This document shows, piece by piece, positions 24,160 to 31,519 of a DNA stretch of 64,000 bases. A program made the position numbers and the translations under genes. The notes beneath the pieces are model-generated. The model was not told the origin of the DNA, did no database searches, and saw only the letters and a list, made by a program, of their open reading frames with translations. Numbering within the stretch: position 1 is the stretch's first letter; the number at the start of each line of letters is the position of its first letter. Source of the stretch: a virus; IMG/VR virus record IMGVR_UViG_3300025876_000006, positions 1 to 64,000 of that record; one strand, 5' to 3'.

Positions 24160-24399
24160 ATGAACGATAAACCAACAATAGCACTAGTAAGGAAAGCACC
24201 ACAAATACGACTAAGAAAAGAGACAGTGCGAGTAAATGTAACCCCAGCTGTAGATATAGTACAAACAACAAACAAGCATATAACACTATCGTCACTACTA
24301 CTAGCATCAGCCGTACTATTACTAACAGTAAACGTTATAATGGTTACAATGTGGGCAAAGGATGTTGAGGGTATGATAAACGTAGAACTTAAGCACTAA
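24160..24399 (+). CDS. small single-pass membrane protein
   Basis: TM segment LSSLLLASAVLLLTVNVIMVTMW. TAATG-coupled to the next gene. Confidence 0.55.
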   Translation: MNDKPTIALVRKAPQIRLRKETVRVNVTPAVDIVQTTNKHITLSSLLLASAVLLLTVNVIMVTMWAKDVEGMINVELKH

Positions 24400-25058
24400 T
24401 GAATAAACCAGGATACACTCTAATTGAGCTACTCATCGTCATTAGCATTATGGCAACGTTGATGACAATTGGATCGTTCGGCATTTCAAACTTCAGTAAG
24501 GCTAGAGGAGTGTCAACAGGAGTAACGTTAGCACAGCAATATACACAGGCCGCAAAAGAAACGGCACTGACAAGACCATCGCGATCACGGCTGCTTATTC
24601 ATGGTACTAATGATCCAACCAACACTCTTCATAGAGAGCGCTATCTAAGGTATATGGTTATACAAGTACTAAACGCAGGGCCAGATGAGCAATTGAACAC
24701 AGACGATGACTTTTGGGAAATAGCACAGAAGGGAAAGTATCTACCAAATAGAGCATGGTTCATTCCAAGCTTAAGCAATCAAACAGACTTAATTATACCA
24801 ACAGTCGATGCAAGGCTCCCAGGACAACCGGCGGGAGAAACGTCCACATGCTTCTATTACGAGTTCAATACACAAGGCCTATTAACAGATCCAAAGCCAG
24901 GAGTACTGGCACCGCGCTTTATTATTAGCGGAGGATCATTACCACCAGGAACCGTAGAACCAATAAGAAGCGATGATGATAGAAACGTTGGAGGCTTTGT
25001 AATATGGAAGAAAGGTACTACATCGCGCATTAAACATCCAGATCAAATAGGATTATGA
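24399..25058 (+). CDS. prepilin-type (type IV pilin / T2SS pseudopilin-like) protein
   Basis: Class III signal: MNKPG|YTLIELLIVISIMATLMTIG, with Gly at -1 and Glu at +5. ~195-aa globular domain. Confidence 0.75.
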   Translation: MNKPGYTLIELLIVISIMATLMTIGSFGISNFSKARGVSTGVTLAQQYTQAAKETALTRPSRSRLLIHGTNDPTNTLHRERYLRYMVIQVLNAGPDEQLNTDDDFWEIAQKGKYLPNRAWFIPSLSNQTDLIIPTVDARLPGQPAGETSTCFYYEFNTQGLLTDPKPGVLAPRFIISGGSLPPGTVEPIRSDDDRNVGGFVIWKKGTTSRIKHPDQIGL

Positions 25059-25630
25059 AAACGGCAGTATTAAATAAGACAAGAACATACCTGATTGGTC
25101 CAATGCAATATGCAGAAGGACGATATTGGAGAGAGGATTTTTCAGAATTTCTAAATGAAATTAACGTAACGATCTTTGATCCTTATAAGAAACCATTTAT
25201 TAATGCTCCTGAAGAAGATGAGAAAACTCATGAATGGATGGAGAGCTTAATGAAAAAGGGCGAGACACATCTTGATTATTGGAGTAAAGACACTGGGTAT
25301 GATACTGTTGCTAAACATATGAAGAAGGTTCGTAACTTTGATCTTTCAATGGTTGACGCTGCAGACTTTATCATTTGTTATCTTAACGCAGAGGTACCAA
25401 CGTTTGGAACTATGGAAGAACTTAGTTGGGCCGCTAGGTGTAAGAAGCCAACCTTTATTATTATGGAAGGCGGTAAAGAAAAGACTCCGTTCTGGGTAAT
25501 GGGTATGTTCCCTCACAAATACATTTACAATTCATTTGATGAAGTTAAGGAAATCATTACCAAGATTAATGATGGAACTGTTAAAGCTGACTCTGATCGA
25601 TGGAGATTATTTAAACAAGAATTAAGGTAA
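25055..25630 (+). CDS. nucleoside 2-deoxyribosyltransferase-like superfamily protein
   Basis: ATGA-coupled to the pilin-like gene. TYLIGPM parallels the YFAGPLF motif and TFGTMEELSWAA..KKP parallels D.G...E.G.A...G.P. Confidence 0.5.
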   Translation: MKTAVLNKTRTYLIGPMQYAEGRYWREDFSEFLNEINVTIFDPYKKPFINAPEEDEKTHEWMESLMKKGETHLDYWSKDTGYDTVAKHMKKVRNFDLSMVDAADFIICYLNAEVPTFGTMEELSWAARCKKPTFIIMEGGKEKTPFWVMGMFPHKYIYNSFDEVKEIITKINDGTVKADSDRWRLFKQELR

Positions 25631-25637
25631 TTTGTTA

Positions 25638-25665
25638 TTTACAAATCAACATTTTAATATATAAT
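25638..25665 (+). promoter_or_regulatory. sigma70-type promoter TTTACA-16-TATAAT
   Basis: TTTACA at 25638-25643, TATAAT at 25660-25665. Confidence 0.5.
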
Positions 25666-25688
25666 TAATAATGTAACAAACAAACAAT

Positions 25689-25820
25689 ATGGCAAAGAAT
25701 ACACAAACCGGACCAAGCACGAAAAGAATTAAACGTAAAGGCATTCATGCTAAGACGCAAGCTTCAAAACTGAAACAGAGTAAAAACTATTTGAAGCGTT
25801 ATAGAGGGCAGGGTAAATAA
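25689..25820 (+). CDS. 43-aa highly basic protein
   Basis: Below the track cutoff. Translates to MAKNTQTGPSTKRIKRKGIHAKTQASKLKQSKNYLKRYRGQGK. Confidence 0.45.
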   Translation: MAKNTQTGPSTKRIKRKGIHAKTQASKLKQSKNYLKRYRGQGK

Positions 25821-25987
25821 TGAAAATTATATTAGCTTATATTTTATTCTGGCTCGGTGATATTATTAGTTATACTTTACACTGTAATTTCTTGGTTAAA
25901 CCATTTTATCCTGTTTACCAAAAGCTAATGTTATGGAGTAGTAACTTGGATGTTCACGGTAAGATTTGGAAAGATGTTGGTAAATAA
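25820..25987 (+). CDS. 55-aa hydrophobic protein
   Basis: TAATG-coupled. Begins MKIILAYILFWLGDIISY. Confidence 0.4.
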   Translation: MKIILAYILFWLGDIISYTLHCNFLVKPFYPVYQKLMLWSSNLDVHGKIWKDVGK

Positions 25988-25999
25988 ATAATTAAACAT

Positions 26000-26085
26000 G
26001 CGGGAGTGGTGAAATTGGTAAACACGCCTGATTTAAGCTCAGGTGGATGGTAACGTCCTTGCGGGTTCGATTCCCGCCTTCCGTA
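26000..26085 (+). tRNA. trnL(UAA): tRNA-Leu (anticodon UAA), type II with long variable arm
   Basis: Acceptor GCGGGAG/CTTCCGT (with G-U pairs), anticodon arm CCTGA-TTTAAGC-TCAGG, T arm GCGGG-TTCGATT-CCCGC, discriminator A. No encoded CCA. Confidence 0.9.
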
Positions 26086-26093
26086 CTTTAAAA

Positions 26094-26372
26094 ATGATTA
26101 CACTTATGAAATCAAAAGAACCAACCAACCGAAAAGAATTATTAAAAGCTGATATTTTAAATGAATTAAATAAGGTATCCGATAAACATTTTAAAACTTT
26201 GCGAGGACTGCTTGCAAAACGTGAGCATTTTTCGAACTTAACCTTTGACAAATTTACTCAAGAAGACCATACAGAATCATCTGAAACTAATAGTAAAATT
26301 ATGGAAGTTGAAAAATTAATCGAGGATTTAAAAATCACAATTGATGTTGTAGAAAACCTTTGGCAATCTTAA
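26094..26372 (+). CDS. hypothetical protein
   Basis: ATG at 26094 used because the track start 26043 lies inside tRNA-Leu. Confidence 0.5.
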   Translation: MITLMKSKEPTNRKELLKADILNELNKVSDKHFKTLRGLLAKREHFSNLTFDKFTQEDHTESSETNSKIMEVEKLIEDLKITIDVVENLWQS

Positions 26373-26381
26373 AGAACTAAT

Positions 26382-26591
26382 ATGGAACATTATGCAATAA
26401 AAGGAATTATTAGTAGGCATAACGATGATGCTTACACGATTCCTAATACACCTCGTTTTTCTAATGTAGAATCCGCAGTTGATTTTTATAATAGAAATAA
26501 AGAATGTGAATCATCATACAACTGGTTAAAGTTTAGAAAGATTGGCGTATATAAAATAACTGTTTCTGAAGAAATATGTAAATATCTGTAA
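26382..26591 (+). CDS. hypothetical protein
   Basis: ORF only. Confidence 0.5.
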   Translation: MEHYAIKGIISRHNDDAYTIPNTPRFSNVESAVDFYNRNKECESSYNWLKFRKIGVYKITVSEEICKYL

Positions 26592-26637
26592 AACGATAAG
26601 CATTTTACGCGTATTTCTCAATATTTTAATGAGCCTC

Positions 26638-26726
26638 AACCCTATATTCTACGGGGGTTGTAGAGCAAAATGCACATTTCGTGAATTATTTTATTTACAA
26701 ATGTGCATTTTTATGGTATAATATAA
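26638..26726 (+). repeat. 89-bp promoter/operator-like cassette, copy 2 of 3
   Basis: Collinear with 896-984 and 30715-30803. Confidence 0.9.
26694..26722 (+). promoter_or_regulatory. sigma70-type promoter TTTACA-17-TATAAT with TGG
   Basis: TTTACA at 26694-26699, TATAAT at 26717-26722. The spacer contains AAATGTGCATTTTT. Confidence 0.75.
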
Positions 26727-26809
26727 TCATAATAAGGGAACGGCAAAACAAACCTAAGAGTTCCTAAGATCCCCGTAAGGCGGGGATCACCACCACAACC
26801 AACTATATT

Positions 26810-27004
26810 ATGAAATCAGAATTCGCCACACCAGAGCCCGCAACTAAATGGGTAATTTATACTCTTGAAGATATCATTGAACTTGCTGAAGACGATGATG
26901 TAATTATAACGACTGAGCCCGAGGCATTAAATTACCTTAAAAATCGCAAAGACAATTATATTAAGGTTATTGGGCATGGTATATATGATATCCTTTTTGC
27001 ATAA
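26810..27004 (+). CDS. hypothetical small acidic protein
   Basis: First ORF after cassette 2. The leader contains hairpin GATCCCCG-TAAGG-CGGGGATC. Confidence 0.55.
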   Translation: MKSEFATPEPATKWVIYTLEDIIELAEDDDVIITTEPEALNYLKNRKDNYIKVIGHGIYDILFA

Positions 27005-27022
27005 TTAAAACTCTAATATAAT

Positions 27023-27247
27023 ATGAAAAAAGAAAACAAACCATATATGGACATTCTCGTTGATAAGCATCTGAAAAAGATTCAAGAAATACTTGTTATT
27101 AATAACACCGCCGTTGGTCATTCTGAAGATGGCGATATGCCAGTGAAATATGTCGGAAACGGTGAAGATTGGATTAACCCACATTATAAAAATCAGCCAG
27201 GCCAATTTAAGACTTTTGCCACTAAGCTCTGGATTCAATTTGGATAA
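27023..27247 (+). CDS. hypothetical protein
   Basis: ORF only. Confidence 0.5.
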   Translation: MKKENKPYMDILVDKHLKKIQEILVINNTAVGHSEDGDMPVKYVGNGEDWINPHYKNQPGQFKTFATKLWIQFG

Positions 27248-27263
27248 ACTATATAATTTTATT

Positions 27264-27473
27264 ATGAAAAACAAAAAAACTGAATATACCGACGAAGGTA
27301 AGAATGGAAACACTGCTCCTTATTGGGTAGAACAAGGTTACATTCATGGGCGTGATGAAGCTCCTGATGGTAAGAAATGGATTCAAAACATTATGTCAGA
27401 ATATTGGATTCTTGAAGAGGAAGAAACTCCATTTACACAATCCGTAGCAAGTGAAACTTATTGGTGCAGTTAA
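27264..27473 (+). CDS. hypothetical protein
   Basis: Internal ATG at 27264 avoids overlapping 27023-27247. Confidence 0.5.
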   Translation: MKNKKTEYTDEGKNGNTAPYWVEQGYIHGRDEAPDGKKWIQNIMSEYWILEEEETPFTQSVASETYWCS

Positions 27474-27492
27474 TTAAAAACTTTATTATATT

Positions 27493-27708
27493 ATGAATAA
27501 TAGATTTTCAGATCGTGATATTGTTGATTGGCGTAATTATGAACGCATTAGATTAACTGGTAAATTTAATATGTTTGATCCTCGTGCTCGTGAAATGGTC
27601 GGGTTATCAAAAGAAAGATATATCTTTATCTTAGAACATTATAGTAATATTCAAGACCAAATAGCAGAAAGCAAAATCGCTGCAAACATCAATAATATGT
27701 ATGAGTGA
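27493..27708 (+). CDS. hypothetical protein
   Basis: ORF only. Confidence 0.5.
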   Translation: MNNRFSDRDIVDWRNYERIRLTGKFNMFDPRAREMVGLSKERYIFILEHYSNIQDQIAESKIAANINNMYE

Positions 27709-27919
27709 TGAAAGAAAAATGGTTGCTTTGAGTATAATGTCATCACCTGATCTATTTAAGATTTGCGAAGGTTGTGATTCCATTTTGCAATACCACGTTA
27801 ATATATGTAGGAATTGTAAAAGCTATAGGTTTAACACGTCCACAGATGATATTATAGAACACGCTAAAACTCTTGGCAACAGAGAACAAACAACAGTAAC
27901 AGAAGACGATTTATTTTAA
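27701..27919 (+). CDS. small zinc-ribbon-like protein
   Basis: CEGC ... CRNC pairs. Confidence 0.5.
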   Translation: MSDERKMVALSIMSSPDLFKICEGCDSILQYHVNICRNCKSYRFNTSTDDIIEHAKTLGNREQTTVTEDDLF

Positions 27920-27923
27920 ACAT

Positions 27924-28205
27924 ATGAAAAAACAAAAGAAAAAAATAGTTGGCAACCTATTTAATGAAGGCGTGCTAATAGCATGTGATTCAGAAGAAGT
28001 ATGTGGTTTATATATTAAAGAAGTTGATAATAACAACCTTATTTCCAAAATGATTATGTCATGGTTACTATCTATTTCCGAAGATAATGAACTTGGTATT
28101 AATTCTTTAGAAGAAGCTAGTAAGTTTGTAATTGAAAAGTTTACAACTGAAGATGATCATACTTATGCTTATAAAAATCTAAAAGCAACAATTAACTATA
28201 TTTAA
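27924..28205 (+). CDS. hypothetical protein
   Basis: ORF only. Confidence 0.5.
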   Translation: MKKQKKKIVGNLFNEGVLIACDSEEVCGLYIKEVDNNNLISKMIMSWLLSISEDNELGINSLEEASKFVIEKFTTEDDHTYAYKNLKATINYI

Positions 28206-28206
28206 T

Positions 28207-28527
28207 ATGTTAGATTTAATAATTGCGCTATCATTACATGTAGGATTAAAAGAAGACTATAATGAAGTACATCCACATATAAGATATACACACGATGATA
28301 TTATTACTGGAGTATATTATAATAGCGAAAAAGAAATTAGCGCATATGTCGGACAACGATGGGAAAAATATAACTGTGGCATTGAAGTTGGCATAGTATC
28401 TGGATATTCAATTGCGCCTGTTGTTCCATTTGTAAGAGCAACTTATCATGACTTTTTTGTTATGCCGGCGTTTGAAGAAGAAGATAATACTATTGGAGCA
28501 GTCTTCGGATACGAATTTAAATTTTAA
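28207..28527 (+). CDS. hypothetical beta-rich protein
   Basis: ORF only. Confidence 0.5.
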   Translation: MLDLIIALSLHVGLKEDYNEVHPHIRYTHDDIITGVYYNSEKEISAYVGQRWEKYNCGIEVGIVSGYSIAPVVPFVRATYHDFFVMPAFEEEDNTIGAVFGYEFKF

Positions 28528-28540
28528 ATAGAAACACGTT

Positions 28541-28795
28541 ATGGTAATTAAAGCAACACAGGAACTAAATATAAATTTAGATAATGAGCAACAGAAAGAA
28601 GTTACTCGGGATTATCTATATAAGCAGACCGATTGGAAACCAACATACTTTGTTAATGAAGAAGATGGATGGGTATATGAAGAGAAAACCTGCCACACAA
28701 CTCATTCTTTTGAAGTGACAGATAAGGTTAGACTTGCAAACTCAGAAGATATCTTAATTGATAAGATTCTCAAAACCCACATGTTTAACTTATGA
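28541..28795 (+). CDS. hypothetical protein
   Basis: ORF only. Confidence 0.5.
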   Translation: MVIKATQELNINLDNEQQKEVTRDYLYKQTDWKPTYFVNEEDGWVYEEKTCHTTHSFEVTDKVRLANSEDILIDKILKTHMFNL

Positions 28796-28896
28796 TAGCG
28801 ACAATAATTGAATGGAATACGGTAATACCTTTGATTAGTGGTATTGCTATTGGAATGGTTCTTATTAAAATTATATCAAACTTTGAAAATAAATGA
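28792..28896 (+). CDS. 34-aa single-TM peptide
   Basis: ATGA-coupled. Translates to MIATIIEWNTVIPLISGIAIGMVLIKIISNFENK. Confidence 0.35.
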   Translation: MIATIIEWNTVIPLISGIAIGMVLIKIISNFENK

Positions 28897-29042
28897 GAGA
28901 CGAAAAAGTAAAAAACGCCGAAACACTTTTAGTTGCTTTTGCCTTTTTGGTGATATTCATTACATCAGTAGTAAATGCGGTTAAGATTAATAATTCAAAT
29001 GAACGAATAAACACCCTTGAAGAAAAATTAGAAAACAAATAA
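28893..29042 (+). CDS. 49-aa single-TM peptide
   Basis: ATGA-coupled. TM segment LLVAFAFLVIFITSVV. Confidence 0.35.
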   Translation: MRDEKVKNAETLLVAFAFLVIFITSVVNAVKINNSNERINTLEEKLENK

Positions 29043-29044
29043 AT

Positions 29045-29269
29045 ATGATAAAGATAGTAAAGTTTATAGATAAAAGCCTCGCGATTGGTAACAATGATGA
29101 TAAGTTTCAGGATTACATTAACAGCGTATTGCCTCTTCGTGGAGATTTTGCCGAGCAATTCCTTGTATGTAAGGAGGAAGTTGACGTGTATATTAAGAGC
29201 TTAATGAAAAATGAAGAAACCAAACTCCGCCGCGCTATCAATCAGTTTGCTGCCTCATTCAAAAAATAA
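29045..29269 (+). CDS. hypothetical protein
   Basis: ORF only. The antisense 28871-29158 ORF is judged a shadow. Confidence 0.5.
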   Translation: MIKIVKFIDKSLAIGNNDDKFQDYINSVLPLRGDFAEQFLVCKEEVDVYIKSLMKNEETKLRRAINQFAASFKK

Positions 29270-29289
29270 AACACAGCAAACAAAATATA

Positions 29290-29631
29290 ATGAAAACCGC
29301 TCTTGAAGCAGCTAAAGATTTAAAAGCCAAATATCTTGAGCAAATAGAAAACATTGATAAACTAATTTTGTCACTTGGCATTAAAGAACTTATTCCAGAT
29401 TTTTACGAAAACGATAAATACGAAAATATATCCATTGGCCTGCACGTTACAAAAAATCTAGAATTTTCAAAGAGGATTGCTTTTATGCCAAAGAAGGTTT
29501 TAGAAAAAAGAAGAAGCCAACATACGGTTATTATAAACAAACAAAAATTTCCAGCTAATAAAGTCCCAGATGTAATTTGGGAACATGCAATTGAAAACAC
29601 AAAAAAACAATACACAACAAATAAAATATAA
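29290..29631 (+). CDS. hypothetical protein
   Basis: ORF only. Confidence 0.5.
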   Translation: MKTALEAAKDLKAKYLEQIENIDKLILSLGIKELIPDFYENDKYENISIGLHVTKNLEFSKRIAFMPKKVLEKRRSQHTVIINKQKFPANKVPDVIWEHAIENTKKQYTTNKI

Positions 29632-29831
29632 TGAAAATGCAACTAAAGTTTAAAAATAAAAAAGCGTATGATGCCTGCCACACCTATGTCGATGGCCACA
29701 GCTTCTACTTTCGTAACCACGCTAAAGACAGAATCCTTCAATTCTGTTATGAGTATACACTACTAGATGTTGCAGAAGCATGTGATTCATTGTTAAGTTT
29801 AGAAGGTAAATACGAAATTATTACTGAATAA
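29631..29831 (+). CDS. hypothetical protein
   Basis: TAATG-coupled. Confidence 0.5.
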   Translation: MKMQLKFKNKKAYDACHTYVDGHSFYFRNHAKDRILQFCYEYTLLDVAEACDSLLSLEGKYEIITE

Positions 29832-29835
29832 TATT

Positions 29836-30066
29836 ATGAAACTCATATTAAGATCTGCTGTGGTATTAAGTGTAATTTGTTTATTACTACCCATAGCATA
29901 TATGCTTTATATGAATACACTTAATCTATTTCTTTCTCTATTGGCTGTCTTAGCATTTTGTAATTTAACGTTTACAGTTATATTACTATTATCGATTCAT
30001 ATTGAAGAAAGTACGAGACACCTTAAATTAGTAAAAGGCAAGCGTGGTAATAAGTGGATTCACTGA
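29836..30066 (+). CDS. two-TM membrane protein
   Basis: Hydrophobic segments VVLSVICLLLPIAYMLY and LLAVLAFCNLTFTVILLL. Confidence 0.5.
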   Translation: MKLILRSAVVLSVICLLLPIAYMLYMNTLNLFLSLLAVLAFCNLTFTVILLLSIHIEESTRHLKLVKGKRGNKWIH

Positions 30067-30084
30067 AACAAATAAAGGTATAAT

Positions 30085-30160
30085 TCCCGAGTAGCTCAGC
30101 GGTAGTAGCGGGTGACTGTTAATCACTAGGTCGTAGGTTCGAATCCTACCTCGGGAGCCA
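30085..30160 (+). tRNA. trnN(GUU): tRNA-Asn (anticodon GUU), CCA encoded
   Basis: Acceptor TCCCGAG/CTCGGGA, anticodon arm GGTGA-CTGTTAA-TCACT, T arm GTAGG-TTCGAAT-CCTAC, then G-CCA. Confidence 0.9.
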
Positions 30161-30179
30161 TTTTAAGTTAATAATTATT

Positions 30180-30262
30180 GGGTAGGTGGCCGAGTGGTTA
30201 AAGGCGGCAGACTGTAAATCTGCTCTCGTATGAGTACGCTGGTTCGAATCCAGCCCTGCCCA
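30180..30262 (+). tRNA. trnY(GUA): tRNA-Tyr (anticodon GUA), bacterial type with long variable arm
   Basis: Acceptor GGGTAGG/CCTGCCC, anticodon arm GCAGA-CTGTAAA-TCTGC, T arm GCTGG-TTCGAAT-CCAGC. Followed by a T-run. Confidence 0.9.
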
Positions 30263-30288
30263 CCTTTTTTTTATTATAAATTATATTA

Positions 30289-30471
30289 ATGGCAAGGCCC
30301 TTTTACAACATAACCGATAACGTTATTATTAATGTATCATTATTAGAGGAAATTATATATGAAGATGATAATACAATAACATTAAAATTTAATAGTGGCT
30401 TTAAATCATCATATGATTTAAACGAGGTTTCATTACATTTTAAAAATTTCTTATTTAGTTTACAAACCTAA
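30289..30471 (+). CDS. hypothetical protein
   Basis: ORF only. Confidence 0.45.
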   Translation: MARPFYNITDNVIINVSLLEEIIYEDDNTITLKFNSGFKSSYDLNEVSLHFKNFLFSLQT

Positions 30472-30501
30472 ATAAATATAATTAAATAAAGCCCTTACGC
30501 C

Positions 30502-30708
30502 ATGATTTTAAACCTTCTTTTCATATCAGTTTTTCTTTTCATATCATCTCTCATTTTTGATTTGAGTAATAATATAAAGATTCTACTCATGCTAATTCCT
30601 CAGATTATACTAGGAATTATGTTTATTAAATCATACATTATTAGCCGAGAAATGCACAAACATCACAAACCGCATCGAAAAAGAAAGAAAAGAGACCCAT
30701 TTAGCTAG
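30502..30708 (+). CDS. holin-like small membrane protein
   Basis: Two TM segments followed by a highly basic tail HKHHKPHRKRKKRD. Lies just upstream of the endolysin. Confidence 0.45.
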   Translation: MILNLLFISVFLFISSLIFDLSNNIKILLMLIPQIILGIMFIKSYIISREMHKHHKPHRKRKKRDPFS

Positions 30709-30714
30709 TGGGAA

Positions 30715-30803
30715 AACCCTATATTCTACGGGGGTTGTAGAGTGAAATGTGCATTTTGTGAATTATTTTATTTACAAATGTGCCTTTTTATGGTATAATA
30801 TAA
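30715..30803 (+). repeat. 89-bp promoter/operator-like cassette, copy 3 of 3
   Basis: Collinear with the other two copies. Confidence 0.9.
30771..30799 (+). promoter_or_regulatory. sigma70-type promoter TTTACA-17-TATAAT with TGG
   Basis: TTTACA at 30771-30776, TATAAT at 30794-30799. Confidence 0.75.
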
Positions 30804-30850
30804 CTACAGAGAGGGACACCAACCAACTCAATCCACCACCACCTTATATC

Positions 30851-31510
30851 ATGAAAACACTAATTACGCTAACCACCATCGTTGGAGGAAGTATTTTTAC
30901 AACCTTTAACGCCGAAGATACCGCTTCACACGTGCCAAACGAAATTTTTACTCCAATTGAAATTTCCAAGCCGATCTTAGTAAAGCCAAAACGAATTTAT
31001 GCAGTTCTGGTTAAACCGACAATCAAACGATATACCATCGAGGATTTTGAAAGAGATGAAGCCGAACGTAATGAAAACGAAGCTTGGGATAAGATGGTTG
31101 AGGGCGTAAAGTTCTTTGAAGGATTTAAACCTAAAGCTTATAAATGTGCTGCTGGAGTAACTACCATTGGATATGGGCATACTGGTAAATATGCCAAAGT
31201 TAAGAAAATCGTATCTGAAATGGAAGCCGAGGAAATGCTAATGGATGAACTTATGGAAGCACGAAGCCATGTAGAACGTATTGTAAAGGTACCTTTAACG
31301 AAAGCTCAAATGGCAGCCCTCACTTCCTTCACATTTAATGCAGGGCAAGGCAATCTGCGAATGCTAGTAAATCAACCTGGACGCTTAAACTCAGGAAATT
31401 ATGAAAGCGTAGAAAAGATGCTACCTAAGTATAATAAAGGCGGAGGTAGAACTCTCAAAGGATTAACTAAAAGAAGAAACTGGGAAACTTCACTTTGGGT
31501 AAGTAACTAA
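30851..31510 (+). CDS. GH24 phage lysozyme (endolysin) with N-terminal signal-anchor
   Basis: Start moved to 30851 because 30749 lies in the promoter cassette. EGFKPKAYKCAAGVTTIGYGHTG (catalytic E...D/C...T pattern), FNAGQGNL, GL.KRR..E. N-terminal TLITLTTIVGGSIFTTF. Confidence 0.85.
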   Translation: MKTLITLTTIVGGSIFTTFNAEDTASHVPNEIFTPIEISKPILVKPKRIYAVLVKPTIKRYTIEDFERDEAERNENEAWDKMVEGVKFFEGFKPKAYKCAAGVTTIGYGHTGKYAKVKKIVSEMEAEEMLMDELMEARSHVERIVKVPLTKAQMAALTSFTFNAGQGNLRMLVNQPGRLNSGNYESVEKMLPKYNKGGGRTLKGLTKRRNWETSLWVSN

Positions 31511-31519
31511 TATACTAAT

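Noticed and set aside
26039-26251. Minus-strand ORF 26039-26251 and the 5' extension of plus-strand ORF 26043-26372
   Set aside because: Both overlap the well-formed tRNA-Leu (26000-26085). The plus-strand ORF was trimmed to the ATG at 26094 and the minus-strand ORF was discarded.
30749-30850. N-terminal extension of the endolysin ORF (track start 30749)
   Set aside because: The extension would be translated from within the conserved promoter cassette (the -35/-10 elements at 30771-30799). The ATG at 30851 follows the leader and yields a sensible signal-anchor N-terminus.
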